Part shown: positions 38,086 through 48,402 of the stretch, in pieces
Numbering within the stretch: the stretch's first letter is position 1
Layout: every line of letters starts with the position of its first letter
NCBI GenBank assembly: GCA_013696305.1
Contig: JACCYV010000151.1
Span: forward strand, 1-48,402
From: Nitrospira sp.
Lineage (GTDB): Bacteria > Nitrospirota > Nitrospiria > Nitrospirales > Nitrospiraceae
Length of the DNA: 48,402 nucleotides
Reading direction: 5' to 3'
Made by a program: the position numbers and the translations under genes
Notes under the pieces: generated by a model
The model's database searches: none
Told to the model about the DNA's origin: nothing
The model's input: only the letters and a program-made list of their open reading frames with translations

Positions 38086-39144
38086 TCAGACATGAAGGAG
38101 GCGGGCCACATCGTCGCGAGTGGCTTTGACTGTCCTAGGCTGACGTGAAATGCCTATCGCGGTGTCGGCATCCTTTAATCCATGCCCGGTCAAGGTACAT
38201 ACGACCGTCGCACCTTCTTTCAATAGGCCGGCTTGACTCATTTTAATAACACCGGCGACCGATGTCGCCGACGCCGGTTCGCAAAAGATGCCTTCTTCCC
38301 TGGCCACCAACGCATAGGCATACAAAATCTCTTCATCGGTGACCATGTCGATGGCGCCGGACGATTCTCGCACGGCCGTGAGCGCCGCTTGCCATCCGGC
38401 CGGATTGCCTATTCTGATGGCGGTGGCCACCGTCTGGGGCTCTTCTATCACGTGGCCCAATACAATTGGCGCCGCACCGGCAGCTTGAAACCCCATCATG
38501 CGGGGCAACCGTGTGGTTTGATTGGCCGCACGATATTCCCGATAGCCGTTCCAATAGGCGGTGATATTACCCGCATTGCCTACGGGAAGTACATGGAGGG
38601 TGGGCGCATCGCCGAGATCGTCGCAAATCTCCATGGCTGCCGTTTTTTGCCCCTCGATCCTGTAGGGGTTGATGGAGTTGACCAATTCAACGGGGTACGT
38701 CGCCGACAGTTCCTTGACGATGGTCAGGGCCTGGTCAAAATTCCCTTCGACCTGAATCACGGTGGCCTGATGCATCATGGCTTGCGACAACTTACCAAGC
38801 GCAATCTTTCCCGCCGGAATAAGCACATAGACGGCCATTCCAGCCCGGGCGCCATAGGCGGCGGCAGAAGCGGATGTGTTTCCGGTGGAGGCACAAATCA
38901 CAGCCCGCGCTCCCCCCTCGAGCGCCTTGGATATCGCCATAGTCATACCGCGGTCCTTGAAAGATCCCGTCGGGTTCATTCCCTCATATTTGAGATAGAG
39001 ATCCACGCCTGGCGAGATCTTTTTCGCGAGACGCGCCGCGCGTATCAGCGGGGTATTGCCTTCGCCCAGGGTGATGACGGGCGTCTGTGCCGTCACGGGA
39101 AGGAACTTCCGATATTCTTCGATGATGCCGCGCCAGCGAGTCAT
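38086..39144 (-). CDS. thrC: Threonine synthase
   Basis: [19 protein letters not shown] (PLP lysine), [22 protein letters not shown]; GAGGA RBS before ATG 39144. Confidence 0.96.
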   Translation of the reverse strand: MTRWRGIIEEYRKFLPVTAQTPVITLGEGNTPLIRAARLAKKISPGVDLYLKYEGMNPTGSFKDRGMTMAISKALEGGARAVICASTGNTSASAAAYGARAGMAVYVLIPAGKIALGKLSQAMMHQATVIQVEGNFDQALTIVKELSATYPVELVNSINPYRIEGQKTAAMEICDDLGDAPTLHVLPVGNAGNITAYWNGYREYRAANQTTRLPRMMGFQAAGAAPIVLGHVIEEPQTVATAIRIGNPAGWQAALTAVRESSGAIDMVTDEEILYAYALVAREEGIFCEPASATSVAGVIKMSQAGLLKEGATVVCTLTGHGLKDADTAIGISRQPRTVKATRDDVARLLHV

Positions 39145-39190
39145 GACATCCTCTTCGGCCACACGACGGACAAGATCGGACGCATCGAAT

Positions 39191-40504
39191 TCATTCATCC
39201 CGTCCTTCAACCCTAATGAGAGTTGTGGGCGCAGAAATATAGGGCATCGTGTTGATGTCCCGGAGGGCGTTCTGCATATCCCGTTCTTTTGCCATGTGCG
39301 TCATGATGACCACCGGCACCGTCTGTCCTTCTTTGCGGCCCTGCTGCAGCACCGCGGAGATGCTGATGCCGTAGCGGCCCAACACGCCTGCAATCTGCGA
39401 CAACACACCCGGCCGGTCCAGCACCATGAAGCGGATATAGTAGAGTGAGGTAATTTCTTCCATCGGCCGCATCCGTAGCGGGCGTCGCTGGTCTTGCTGA
39501 TACGATGCGGGCGGGACGCGACCGGTGGCATGCTTGAGCAAATTGCGCGCGATTGACATCACGTCACTGACGACGGCACTTCCCGTCGGCATCGAGCCGG
39601 CGCCGCGGCCATACAGCACCACGTCCTCCACGGCATCGCCTACCAGTTGAATCGCGTTGTAGACGCCATCCACCTTGGCGATTTGAGAAGCGGATGGAAC
39701 CATGGTGGGATGTACGCGCGCCTCGATCTCGCCATCTGAGTATTTCGCAATTGCCAACAGCTTGATCGTAAATCCAAATTCCTTCGCATAGGCGATGTCG
39801 AGCGGTGTCAGCCCAGCAATGCCCTCCGTGTAAATCTCTTTGAAATTGACGGGAGTGCCGTAGGCCAAACTAACCATGATCGTCAGTTTATGCGCCGAAT
39901 CGATTCCCGCAACATCGAAGGTAGGATCGGCTTCCGCATACCCGGCTCGCTGAGCCTCGTCAAGCACCACCTCGAATCGCTGCCCCTCGCTGGTCATTCG
40001 GCTGAGGATGTAATTCGAGGTGCCGTTGATGATGCCGTAAATGGATTGGATATGGTTTGCAGCCAGTCCTTCCGTCAAGGCACGGATCACTGGAATGCCG
40101 CCCCCCACGCTCGCTTCAAACCCGAGATCGATCCCCTGACGGGATGCGGCGGCGAAAATCTCTTCGCCATGTACCGCCAACAACGCTTTGTTGGCGGTCA
40201 CCACATGCTTGCCTCGCTGCACCGCATCCAATATGACGCGTTTGGCAACATCGTACCCACCCATCAACTCGACCACAATATTCACGCGCGGATCCGTCAA
40301 CACCTGCTGGATATCAGTCGTCAGGACTCCTGGAGGTATCGCAACATCGCGATCGCGCGTGATATCCAGATCCGCGATGCGAACCAATGTGATCGGCACT
40401 CCCACCCGCCTCCGAATCAACTCGGCGTTTTCGATCAGGACCCGGGCAACACCCGTTCCTACCGTCCCGAACCCGATCAACCCAACCCCGATCTCAGTTC
40501 TCAT
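39191..40504 (-). CDS. hom: Homoserine dehydrogenase with ACT domain
   Basis: [39 protein letters not shown]-terminal DRPGVL ACT domain. Confidence 0.97.
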   Translation of the reverse strand: MRTEIGVGLIGFGTVGTGVARVLIENAELIRRRVGVPITLVRIADLDITRDRDVAIPPGVLTTDIQQVLTDPRVNIVVELMGGYDVAKRVILDAVQRGKHVVTANKALLAVHGEEIFAAASRQGIDLGFEASVGGGIPVIRALTEGLAANHIQSIYGIINGTSNYILSRMTSEGQRFEVVLDEAQRAGYAEADPTFDVAGIDSAHKLTIMVSLAYGTPVNFKEIYTEGIAGLTPLDIAYAKEFGFTIKLLAIAKYSDGEIEARVHPTMVPSASQIAKVDGVYNAIQLVGDAVEDVVLYGRGAGSMPTGSAVVSDVMSIARNLLKHATGRVPPASYQQDQRRPLRMRPMEEITSLYYIRFMVLDRPGVLSQIAGVLGRYGISISAVLQQGRKEGQTVPVVIMTHMAKERDMQNALRDINTMPYISAPTTLIRVEGRDE

Positions 40505-41697
40505 GACTCCTGATCGTCCACCTTGAGTACTTTCCGAATCCCGCGCAGAGCCTGACGCGTGCGGTGCTCATTTTCCACCAGGGCAAACCGCACAAACTCA
40601 TCTCCACCTTCTCCAAATCCGATTCCCGGAGATACGGCCACTTTCCCTTCCCTTAAAAGCAATTTCGAAAACTCCAAAGACCCCATATGTCGGAAGGAGT
40701 CAGGAATACGCGCCCAGACGAACATGGTCGCCCGAGGCAATCCCACCGACCAGCCGATACGATTGAGCCCGTTGACGAGCACATTGCGCCGGCTTTGATA
40801 CCGCTGCACGACATCCTTGACACAGTCTTGCGGTCCGTTCAACGCTACCGTACTGGCGATCTGAACCGGCTGAAAAATACCATAATCAAGGTAACTCTTA
40901 ATCTTCGCGAGCGCGCCGACGACTTCGCGGTTGCCCACGCAGAATCCGACCCTCCAACCAGGCATGTTGTAGGCCTTGGAGAGCGTATAGAATTCCACCC
41001 CGACATCTTTCGCCTCCGGCACCTGCAAAAAACTCGGCGCCTTATAGCCGTCGAAGACAATATCCGCGTAGGCCAGATCATGAATCACGATGACATCGTG
41101 TTCCTTGGCAAACGCGACGATCTTTTTGAAAAACTCCAGATCGACCACGGCGGTCGTCGGATTGTGCGGAAAATTGATGACCAGAATGCGCGGGCGTGGC
41201 AAGGTTTGGCGATACACGCGCAACAGATCATCAAAAAAATCGCTATCCTGCCGCAGCTCTATCCCACGCACCTCACCGCCGGCAATAATGAAGCTATACA
41301 TGTGGATGGGATAGGTCGGCGTCGGCGTGAGCACGACATCGCCGGGCCCAATGGTAGCCAGTGCCAGATGCGCAATGCCCTCTTTGGACCCGATCGTCAC
41401 GATCGCTTCGGTTTCGGGATCCAACTCCACATCGTAGTTCCGCTTATACCAGCCGGTGATAGCATGGCGGAGCTTCGTGATTCCCCGCGAGGCCGAGTAG
41501 CGGTGGTTCTTTGCCTTTTTGGAAGCCTCAATCAATTTGTCGACAATATGACTCGGCGTGGGTTGATCCGGGTTGCCCATGCCGAAGTCGATAATATCTT
41601 CGCCCTGCTGACGTGCCTCAAGCTTAAGGGTTTGTACTTGCGCAAACACGTACGGAGGAAGTCGTTTGATGCGGTAAAAGCCGTCGCCGATCGCCAT
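40501..41697 (-). CDS. alaC: Class I/II PLP aminotransferase, AlaC-like
   Basis: [45 protein letters not shown]; GGAG RBS. Confidence 0.85.
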   Translation of the reverse strand: MAIGDGFYRIKRLPPYVFAQVQTLKLEARQQGEDIIDFGMGNPDQPTPSHIVDKLIEASKKAKNHRYSASRGITKLRHAITGWYKRNYDVELDPETEAIVTIGSKEGIAHLALATIGPGDVVLTPTPTYPIHMYSFIIAGGEVRGIELRQDSDFFDDLLRVYRQTLPRPRILVINFPHNPTTAVVDLEFFKKIVAFAKEHDVIVIHDLAYADIVFDGYKAPSFLQVPEAKDVGVEFYTLSKAYNMPGWRVGFCVGNREVVGALAKIKSYLDYGIFQPVQIASTVALNGPQDCVKDVVQRYQSRRNVLVNGLNRIGWSVGLPRATMFVWARIPDSFRHMGSLEFSKLLLREGKVAVSPGIGFGEGGDEFVRFALVENEHRTRQALRGIRKVLKVDDQES

Positions 41698-41768
41698 GGA
41701 TGTGTCAGACTCCTAAGGGCGGGTCCTCTACTGAACAGGTTCGGTCGTCAAAGCGCTGAAAGCGGCGT

Positions 41769-41797
41769 ATTTTAATGGAGCCCTCCATGTGAGTCAA
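41769..41797 (-). promoter_or_regulatory. sigma70 promoter of the alaC-hom-thrC operon, with a palindrome in the spacer
   Basis: Minus strand TTGACT-N17-TAAAAT; the spacer contains ATGGAG-GG-CTCCAT. Confidence 0.7.
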
Positions 41798-41996
41798 TTT
41801 CACGATGGTTTTAGAGAATCGGCGATCATGACCATCTCACAACACTCCAAATTGCAGGATCGCGCCACCGTGTGCCCTCCTTGCTCCTCCCGCCTTCTTC
41901 TGTTAATAATGCCCCAGTAATAATAGAATTGTCTATGAATTTCGACCAGTTCCGAAGCCTTTCTTCTGCATATTTCGTGCAAACCTCGGAGGCGTG

Positions 41997-42710
41997 ATGG
42001 CTCGATTGGGTGTCAATATCGATCATGTGGCGACACTACGGCAGACGCGAGGGGGCACCGATCCCGATCCCTTGACCGCTGCGATTCTCGTCGAAATGGC
42101 CGGTGCCGATGGCCTGGTCGTGCATTTGCGGGAAGACCGCCGGCACATTCAAGATCGCGATCTCACCATGCTGCGTGAAATCGTTCGAACGAAATTGGAT
42201 TTGGAAATGGCTGCGGACGACGCTATGGCAAAGATCGCTCTGAGCGTGAAACCCGACCTCGTCACGCTAGTCCCGGAACGACGACAAGAGCTAACCACGG
42301 AGGGCGGCCTGGATGTCGCCAATCACCGCGACCGGATTCAAAAGATCGTCGATCTGTTGCGGGATGGAGGAATTCCCACCAGCCTTTTCATCGAACCGAC
42401 TTTGGATCAAATCAAGGCCGCTCATAAAATCGGTGCGGCCTACGTCGAGCTGCACACCGGCCGTTACTCTAACGCCAAACGTTCCAAGGAAGAAGATGAG
42501 GAATTTGAGGCCATCACCCAGGCGGCCAAGCTGGCATACAAACTCGGCCTTGGCGTGAATGCCGGCCACGGATTGAATTATAAGAATGTAAAACGTCTGG
42601 CCCGCCTGCCGGAGATTGTGGAATTCAACATCGGACACAGCATCATTGCCCGGTCCGTCATGGTCGGGCTGGTCCAAGCTGTTCGCGAAATGAGGGAAGT
42701 GGTGGCCTAA
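41997..42710 (+). CDS. pdxJ: Pyridoxine 5'-phosphate synthase
   Basis: LGVNIDHVATLRQ, HLREDRRHIQ, LVPERRQELTTEGG, VELHTG, NAGHGL, EFNIGHSII; GGAGG RBS. Confidence 0.97.
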   Translation: MARLGVNIDHVATLRQTRGGTDPDPLTAAILVEMAGADGLVVHLREDRRHIQDRDLTMLREIVRTKLDLEMAADDAMAKIALSVKPDLVTLVPERRQELTTEGGLDVANHRDRIQKIVDLLRDGGIPTSLFIEPTLDQIKAAHKIGAAYVELHTGRYSNAKRSKEEDEEFEAITQAAKLAYKLGLGVNAGHGLNYKNVKRLARLPEIVEFNIGHSIIARSVMVGLVQAVREMREVVA

Positions 42711-42760
42711 ACCGATGTTTTGCCGGCAGCCGTGATTGGCCTCGCCGACGGATCGGCCGG

Positions 42761-44332
42761 GTGACCGAACACACCATGATACCCATCGCAACCGTCGACC
42801 AGATGCGCACCCTTGACCGCCAAACCATCACCGAGGCGCATGTTCCTTCCCTTGTCCTGATGGAGCGAGCCGGTACCGGCGTCGTCGTCCATCTGGAAGA
42901 ACGGTACGGGCCGCTCGCAGGAAAATCGATTGCCATCGTCTGCGGCAAGGGCAACAACGCGGGGGACGGGTTTGTTATCGGACGGGTATTGCGGCGAAAA
43001 AAGGTTCGTGTGCAGGTCCTGCTGCTGGCATCCCCCGCCGACCTCAGTCGCGAGGCAAAGACCATGTACCGACGGTTTCAGCGGGCCGCCGGACAATCGG
43101 CTATCACACGCCCCACTGACGCCGACGGGATACTCCGGCGACTCATGGTAAGCGATATCATCATTGATGCTATTTTAGGAACGGGACTATCGACTCCCGT
43201 CGCGGGACTCTACCTGGATGCGATTGTGGCGATCAATGCCGCCGCTCGCCCAACCGTGGCGGTGGATCTTCCATCCGGTCTGCATGCCGACACAGGAACC
43301 ATCCTGGGAGCCGCTGTGCGTGCAGACCTCACGGTGACCTTCGGACTGCCTAAAATCGGATTGTATAGCGGATCTGGTATCGAGTGTGCCGGCAGGGTTC
43401 GTGTGGTCGATATCGGGATTCCTGCGGCGTTTGTTCAGGCCGTTGGCAGTCGCGTGATGCTTCTCACCCATGCCGCCGCGCATGCGGCGCTACCCATGCG
43501 ACCGCTTTCCTCGCACAAAGGCACATACGGCCATGTCGGCGTCATTGCCGGCTCCGTCGGAAAAACAGGCGCCGCGGCCATGGCTGCCCTGGCGGCACTC
43601 CGCGTCGGAACCGGCCTGGTCACGGTCGCGGTTCCATCAAGTGTTAACGACGTACTGGAAGCAAAATTGCTGGAGGTCATGACTCTTCCGATGCCGGAGA
43701 CCAAAGCCCGCACCTTCGCCCGCACCGGTTTGGAGCGATTGCTGGCCTTCGCCGGCGCTCGAGATGCGGTGGTGGTCGGCCCGGGCCTGACCACCCATCC
43801 GGAGACGGTAGATCTCGTACAGGAATTTGTCAAGCGCATCGACAAGCCATGCGTGCTGGACGCCGATGCGTTGAATGCCCTGGCAGGTAAAGCCTCGTTG
43901 TTGACGGAGTGCAAGCGACCACCGATCATCACCCCCCACCCTGGAGAAATGGCCAGGCTGGAAACCGAAGCGACCACCAAGTCCGTCAATCAAGATCGTC
44001 TCGGCACGGCCATACGTTTTGCGCGTGAACGCGGAGTCTTTGTAATCCTCAAGGGGGCGCGCACGGTCATTGCCAGACCGGATGGCCTGGCGGCCATTTG
44101 TCCGACCGGCAATCCCGGAATGGCCACGGCCGGAACCGGCGATGTCTTGACGGGTATGGTGGGCGGATTGCTTGCTCAAGGGCTTTCACCGTGGGACGCC
44201 GCCTGCGCCGCCACCTACTTTCACGGGCTGGCGGGAGACCTCGCGGCGAACCTCCTTGGTCAGGCCGGTATGATCGCACGTGACGTGATCCGACAAATCC
44301 CCTATGCGCTCGCCCTTAACACACACGCGTAA
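42761..44332 (+). CDS. nnr: Bifunctional NAD(P)H-hydrate epimerase/dehydratase
   Basis: LMERAG, CGKGNNAGDG, DAILGTG, AVDLPSG, SHKGTYG, LDADAL, TPHPGEM, GMATAGTGDVLTG. Confidence 0.95.
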   Translation: MTEHTMIPIATVDQMRTLDRQTITEAHVPSLVLMERAGTGVVVHLEERYGPLAGKSIAIVCGKGNNAGDGFVIGRVLRRKKVRVQVLLLASPADLSREAKTMYRRFQRAAGQSAITRPTDADGILRRLMVSDIIIDAILGTGLSTPVAGLYLDAIVAINAAARPTVAVDLPSGLHADTGTILGAAVRADLTVTFGLPKIGLYSGSGIECAGRVRVVDIGIPAAFVQAVGSRVMLLTHAAAHAALPMRPLSSHKGTYGHVGVIAGSVGKTGAAAMAALAALRVGTGLVTVAVPSSVNDVLEAKLLEVMTLPMPETKARTFARTGLERLLAFAGARDAVVVGPGLTTHPETVDLVQEFVKRIDKPCVLDADALNALAGKASLLTECKRPPIITPHPGEMARLETEATTKSVNQDRLGTAIRFARERGVFVILKGARTVIARPDGLAAICPTGNPGMATAGTGDVLTGMVGGLLAQGLSPWDAACAATYFHGLAGDLAANLLGQAGMIARDVIRQIPYALALNTHA

Positions 44333-44930
44333 GCCGTTGGTCGCGTCATCTTCCCCTGCTCGGCAGAGGCTTGTGGAAACACCTTCCGTCAGCAAGCCTT
44401 GGACCATCAGGCTGCGATCTCGGCGACAGACGCATCGCCTGGGACGGTGCCTTGGCAAACTTCTCCAAGGAGGCGAGGTGGTGGCCCTCTTTGGAGAACT
44501 GGGGACAGGTAAGACCTCCCTGGTGAGAGGCATCGCTGAAGGGCTGCTCGCCGAACCGGCAGCGGTCAGCAGCCCGACCTTTGCCCTGATCCACGAATAT
44601 CGGGGACGGCTCCGCCTTATTCACACCGATTTGTACCGGCTGACCGCTGCCCAACTCGAAGACACCGGTCTCGACGACTTCTTGGACGGCCACACCGTCA
44701 CCGCGATCGAGTGGGCCGATCGATGGGGGGCAGGCCTTCCGCCGGACCGGCTCGAAATCCATTTATCTCACCGTCCCGCTGCGACACGTCGAGCCATCTT
44801 GTCGGCCAGTGGGCCATCTGCCTTCCGCTTGCTGGCCGCGCTGCGTACTAACCTGTCGAAGAGGCGTCCCACTAGAGCCAGTCGGCAAACCCGTGTACAA
44901 TTGCCTCACTCCAGGAGGGCTGCGTTTTGA
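44304..44930 (+). CDS. tsaE: t6A37 biosynthesis ATPase TsaE
   Basis: GELGTGKT, VSSPTFALIHEY, HTDLYRL, IEWAD; the true start is probably downstream of 44304. Confidence 0.93.
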   Translation: MRSPLTHTRKPLVASSSPARQRLVETPSVSKPWTIRLRSRRQTHRLGRCLGKLLQGGEVVALFGELGTGKTSLVRGIAEGLLAEPAAVSSPTFALIHEYRGRLRLIHTDLYRLTAAQLEDTGLDDFLDGHTVTAIEWADRWGAGLPPDRLEIHLSHRPAATRRAILSASGPSAFRLLAALRTNLSKRRPTRASRQTRVQLPHSRRAAF

Positions 44931-45271
44931 TTCGGTTGATATTGGTGGGGACGCTGCTCCTGCTCGCATTGTCGTTTTTTCTGCAGAACCAGGAGCAGGA
45001 AGTCACGCTGCGATATTTCTTCGGCCTTCGATCGGCCTCGATACTGATCTATAAGCCGATCTTGGCCGCCTTCGGGGTCGGCCTGCTTGTATCGGGAATA
45101 CTCTTGTTTCCTGCCTGGGTACGCGGGCGGATCGAACTGCGGAGAAAAACCAAGGCCTTACAGGAAGCTGAAGTAGATCTGGAACGGCTTCGACAGGCCC
45201 TCGATAAGGTCGCACGTCGCGCTGGACCCTCCGCGGTCACAGAATCTGAGAGAGAACTCTCCGATGGGTGA
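44927..45271 (+). CDS. LapA (DUF1049) family membrane protein
   Basis: Two TM helices around FFLQNQEQEVTLRYFFG, then a coiled coil; TTGA overlap with tsaE. Confidence 0.8.
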   Translation: MIRLILVGTLLLLALSFFLQNQEQEVTLRYFFGLRSASILIYKPILAAFGVGLLVSGILLFPAWVRGRIELRRKTKALQEAEVDLERLRQALDKVARRAGPSAVTESERELSDG

Positions 45272-47915
45272 CACCGACGAAACGCCGTTGATGCGGCAGT
45301 ATCGTGAGATCAAGCAATCCCACCGCGATGCCATTCTTTTTTTTCGTGTCGGTGATTTCTATGAAATGTTTCAAGAGGATGCCATAGAGGCCGCGACCCT
45401 TCTTTCGATCGCACTGACATCACGAGATAAGTCCAGCAAGACTCCGATCCCCCTCTGTGGGGTTCCGTATCACGCCGCTACCACTTACATCGCGAAACTT
45501 CTCCGTATAGGCCGAACCGTCGCTCTATGCGAGCAAGTGGAAGACCCCAAACTTGCCAAGGGTCTGGTGCGTCGGGAAGTCGTCCGGCTCTACACTCCGG
45601 GCACGCTCATCGACAGCGAATTCCTCCCCTCCAGTGAGTCGAATATCCTGGCCGCAGTGGCGACGCGCTTCCGCTCCATTGGGACCGGGCGCAAAAGTCT
45701 GTCTTTCGGACTGGCCACACTTGACGTCTCAACCGGAGAATATTGGATCAGTGAGTTTCATGGCGCGCAGGCACAGACTGCTCTCCTGGACGAGCTCGCA
45801 CGACTCGAACCGAAGGAATTATTGTTCGCCAAGGGCCTCTCCCCGGAGGAGCAATGTTGGACGGCCGATGTGACCGGTCCCCGGTGTTGCGCACAACCGG
45901 CACTCTGGTTCGATCTAGAGGAAGGTCGTATCAGGCTGCATGAGCAGTTTCATGTCCATTCTCTGGAGGCTTTCGGTTGTCATACGCTCCTCCTCGGCAT
46001 CCAAGCCGGAGCGGCGGTGTTACGGTATGTCCGGGAGACACAACCATCCGCCTCGCTCGACCACATTCGGCAAATACGTATCAGGCATGCTGATGACGCC
46101 ATGCACCTGGACGTGGTCACCATCCGCAATCTGGAGCTCGTCAGGCCTGCTGTTCGCGTCAACGAATCGTCCCGCTCCTCGACGTGCACATTACTGGGAG
46201 TCCTGGACCGCACCGTCACCGCCATGGGAAGCCGGTTGCTCCGCGAATGGCTGCTCCGTCCGTTAGTGACCTGCGCCCCCATTGAAGCTCGTCTCACGGC
46301 GGTCGATGAACTACGAACTCATCTCGATGCCCGGGTGCAACTCCGGTCGGCATTGCGAACGGTGCAGGATATCTCACGTCTCTGCAGCCGAATGTCTCTC
46401 GGTGTCGCCAATCCGAGGGATGTCTTGGCTCTGAAACTCTCGCTCTCCTCTCTCCCTGCGGTGCACACGGCATTGTCTGCGCTCCGGGCTCCACTCCTGA
46501 CAACGCTCTCGACAGCCTGGGACAATGCGCAAGACCTTTACGAGCTGATCGAGCAGGCCATCGTGCACAACGCACCTCTTTCGATTCGCGCCGGCGGCAT
46601 CCTGAAAAACGGCTACAGTCCGGAAGTGGATGAACTTCGTAAGGCGAGTCAAGAAGGGAAAAGCTGGATTGCCGGGCTGGAAGCGAAAGAGCGGGCACGG
46701 ATCGGGGTGGAGTCCCTAAAAATTCGATACAATCACGTCTTCGGTTACTATATCGAACTGACGAAAGCACAGCTCGGGAAAGTCCCCCCTGACTATATCC
46801 GCAAGCAAACGCTGGCCAATGCCGAACGTTTTATGACCGCCGAGTTGAAGGAATTGGAGGAACGTGTCACCGGAGCGGATACAAAATTAGCCGCCTTAGA
46901 GCAAGACCTCTTCGACCAACTACGAGCCAGAGTGGCAGAGGAGACGCCTCGCCTCCAGGAAATCAGTCGGCGATTAGCTATCCTGGATGTCTTAGCAACC
47001 TTAGCGGAAACCGCCGCCTTGAACCGATACGTCCGTCCGACCGTCGACGACGATGGGGACCTTCATGTTGTTCAAGGCCGGCACCCCGTTGTGGAACGCC
47101 TCGAGCTTACCGGTGGGTTCGTCCCGAATGATACCCACTTGAACCTGGCCACGAGCCGTCTGCACATTCTGACCGGTCCCAACATGGCTGGGAAAAGCAC
47201 GTATCTGCGGCAAGTAGCCCTCATCACGTTGATGGCTCAGATGGGAAGTTTTGTGCCTGCCAAGGAAGCCCGCATCGGGATAGTCGATCGGATCTTTACC
47301 CGCGTCGGAGCATCCGACGATCTCGCCGGTGGCCAAAGCACGTTTATGGTTGAGATGACGGAAACGGCACATATCCTCAACTGCGCGACATCCCGCAGCT
47401 TGATCCTTTTGGATGAAATAGGGCGGGGAACCAGCACCTACGACGGTTTGAGCATCGCCTGGGCGGTCGCAGAATACATCCATGATCCCGACCGGCTCGG
47501 GGCTCGGACGCTCTTCGCCACGCACTATCATGAAATGACTCAACTCGAACAAATGCGGGAAGCGATCAAGAACTTTTGCGTCGCCGTGCAGGAGCGGGAT
47601 GGCGAGGTTCTGTTCTTACGCAAGATCATTCCTGGAGGAGCTGATCGCAGCTACGGCATCCACGTCGCACAACTGGCAGGTCTCCCCGAGCTGATTATAC
47701 GTCGAGCCAAGGCCGTCCTCATCCAACTGGAATCCTCCGCGTCCTCCTCTTCATCCCCTCTCGTGGATAGCCGGGAGTCGTTGGAATTGGATGCGACATT
47801 ACCGTCCCCACATCCCATGCTCGAGGAGGTCCGACAAATGGATCTCTTTGCAATGACCCCCCTGGATGCGCTCAATCGACTCGCGTCTCTTCAACAACGA
47901 TTATTGAACGAATAG
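45264..47915 (+). CDS. mutS: DNA mismatch repair protein MutS
   Basis: TPLMRQY, FFRVGDFYEMF, TGPNMAGKSTYLRQ, STFMVEM, LDEIGRGTST, SYGIHVA. Confidence 0.98.
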   Translation: MGDTDETPLMRQYREIKQSHRDAILFFRVGDFYEMFQEDAIEAATLLSIALTSRDKSSKTPIPLCGVPYHAATTYIAKLLRIGRTVALCEQVEDPKLAKGLVRREVVRLYTPGTLIDSEFLPSSESNILAAVATRFRSIGTGRKSLSFGLATLDVSTGEYWISEFHGAQAQTALLDELARLEPKELLFAKGLSPEEQCWTADVTGPRCCAQPALWFDLEEGRIRLHEQFHVHSLEAFGCHTLLLGIQAGAAVLRYVRETQPSASLDHIRQIRIRHADDAMHLDVVTIRNLELVRPAVRVNESSRSSTCTLLGVLDRTVTAMGSRLLREWLLRPLVTCAPIEARLTAVDELRTHLDARVQLRSALRTVQDISRLCSRMSLGVANPRDVLALKLSLSSLPAVHTALSALRAPLLTTLSTAWDNAQDLYELIEQAIVHNAPLSIRAGGILKNGYSPEVDELRKASQEGKSWIAGLEAKERARIGVESLKIRYNHVFGYYIELTKAQLGKVPPDYIRKQTLANAERFMTAELKELEERVTGADTKLAALEQDLFDQLRARVAEETPRLQEISRRLAILDVLATLAETAALNRYVRPTVDDDGDLHVVQGRHPVVERLELTGGFVPNDTHLNLATSRLHILTGPNMAGKSTYLRQVALITLMAQMGSFVPAKEARIGIVDRIFTRVGASDDLAGGQSTFMVEMTETAHILNCATSRSLILLDEIGRGTSTYDGLSIAWAVAEYIHDPDRLGARTLFATHYHEMTQLEQMREAIKNFCVAVQERDGEVLFLRKIIPGGADRSYGIHVAQLAGLPELIIRRAKAVLIQLESSASSSSSPLVDSRESLELDATLPSPHPMLEEVRQMDLFAMTPLDALNRLASLQQRLLNE

Positions 47916-47950
47916 ACATGCTATCGGGCGGTTATCTCACAGGAGATACC

Positions 47951-47993
47951 AAAGAAAAAGGCGGCGCCCCTTTCGGAGCACCGCCTTCTCTTC
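47951..47993 (-). terminator. Rho-independent terminator, possibly bidirectional
   Basis: Minus strand AAGGCGGTGCTCC-GAAA-GGGGCGCCGCCTT followed by TTTCTTT; lies between converging genes. Confidence 0.85.
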
Positions 47994-48013
47994 AAGCTTA
48001 TGACCTACGACGA

Positions 48014-48402
48014 TCAGTGCTTACCACCACCCCGGTTGTACTGGGCCGTCCACGGAATCAAATTAGCAAGAGGCTTGCCGTCAGGTAACAGAACATCATA
48101 CTGCATGAGCACCGAGTCGCCACCCTTCGGAGATGTGTTCAGACCCGTCTTGGCTGTAGCACAGGCAGCATCAACTTCGGACTTTCCTTCGCAATCCTTT
48201 AGACGAAGGGACGAAATGCTTTTTGGCTTACCAAAATCGCCAGCATTGTCGTTCAGCTTCTTGACGGAGGTGATCACCCGATGGTTCTGTTCAGTCTCCT
48301 GCGCCACGAATTCGACCAACGTGGTAGGAGAACCTGGGGGAACTTCCTTTGCAGCGGCCGGTCCGGCATGCGGGCGGGCCATCGACTTCAATTGCTCCCA
48401 CA
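48014..48402 (-). CDS. 3' part of an unidentified protein, 5' end outside the window
   Basis: The frame is open from the window edge (WEQLKSMARPHAG...) to the stop at 48014 and is followed by a strong terminator. No family recognised. Confidence 0.7.
   Translation of the reverse strand, partial: WEQLKSMARPHAGPAAAKEVPPGSPTTLVEFVAQETEQNHRVITSVKKLNDNAGDFGKPKSISSLRLKDCEGKSEVDAACATAKTGLNTSPKGGDSVLMQYDVLLPDGKPLANLIPWTAQYNRGGGKH

Noticed and set aside
38233-41775. Long antisense ORFs (38233..39216, 40687..41775 and similar ones elsewhere, e.g. 24707..25570)
   Set aside because: They are shadows of well-supported genes in GC-rich DNA, with no motifs or RBS.
41800-42026. Short ORFs and TAATAAT repeats in the alaC/pdxJ spacer as a leader peptide or Fur box
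   Set aside because: No Thr/Ile codon run or attenuator hairpin, the ORFs lie upstream of the promoter, and the Fur match is poor.
42711-42763. Possible acpS remnant between pdxJ and nnr (VIGLAD)
   Set aside because: Too short to distinguish from chance.
1-48402. CRISPR arrays, IS elements, prophage, defence systems, riboswitches
   Set aside because: No repeat-spacer periodicity, transposase, integrase, phage or defence genes, or recognisable riboswitch by eye. A covariance-model search was not possible.

Overview
This is a gene-dense, GC-rich bacterial chromosome segment. Gene content and order suggest Nitrospira or another Nitrospirota member (inference, no database check). From left to right it contains: (1) a small, partly broken accessory cluster (frameshifted hypothetical gene, frameshifted MFS transporter, DMT protein); (2) a lipid A/envelope modification cassette (GT2, LAB_N protein, ArnT-like GT) convergent with a tandem-receiver regulator, M1 peptidase, TolB-like and PAP2 gene string; (3) phoH-ybeY-ftsY; (4) a ~15 kb type IV pilus region with two separate minor-pilin modules, each behind a sigma54-type promoter. 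Module 1 is fimU-pilV-pilW-pilX-pilY2-like-pilY1-Ig lipoprotein. Module 2 is fimT-pilV-pilW-oversized pilX-PilB/GspE ATPase and has no PilY1. pilD and a divergent LuxR-HTH gene flank it; (5) housekeeping genes rlmB, cysS, dedA, surE, tRNA-Pro(GGG), merR, ihfA; (6) an aspartate-family amino acid operon alaC-hom-thrC-apgM-like-lysC-cimA without thrB; (7) pdxJ-nnr-tsaE-lapA-mutS, a terminator and the 3' end of an unknown gene. I found no mobile element, CRISPR array or rRNA. The best candidates for undescribed biology are the second, PilY1-less pilus tip module, the Rgt/LpxE-like lipid A cassette and the ApgM-family protein with an altered metal site sitting where thrB would be. Three apparent 1-bp deletions in short homopolymers may be sequencing errors.
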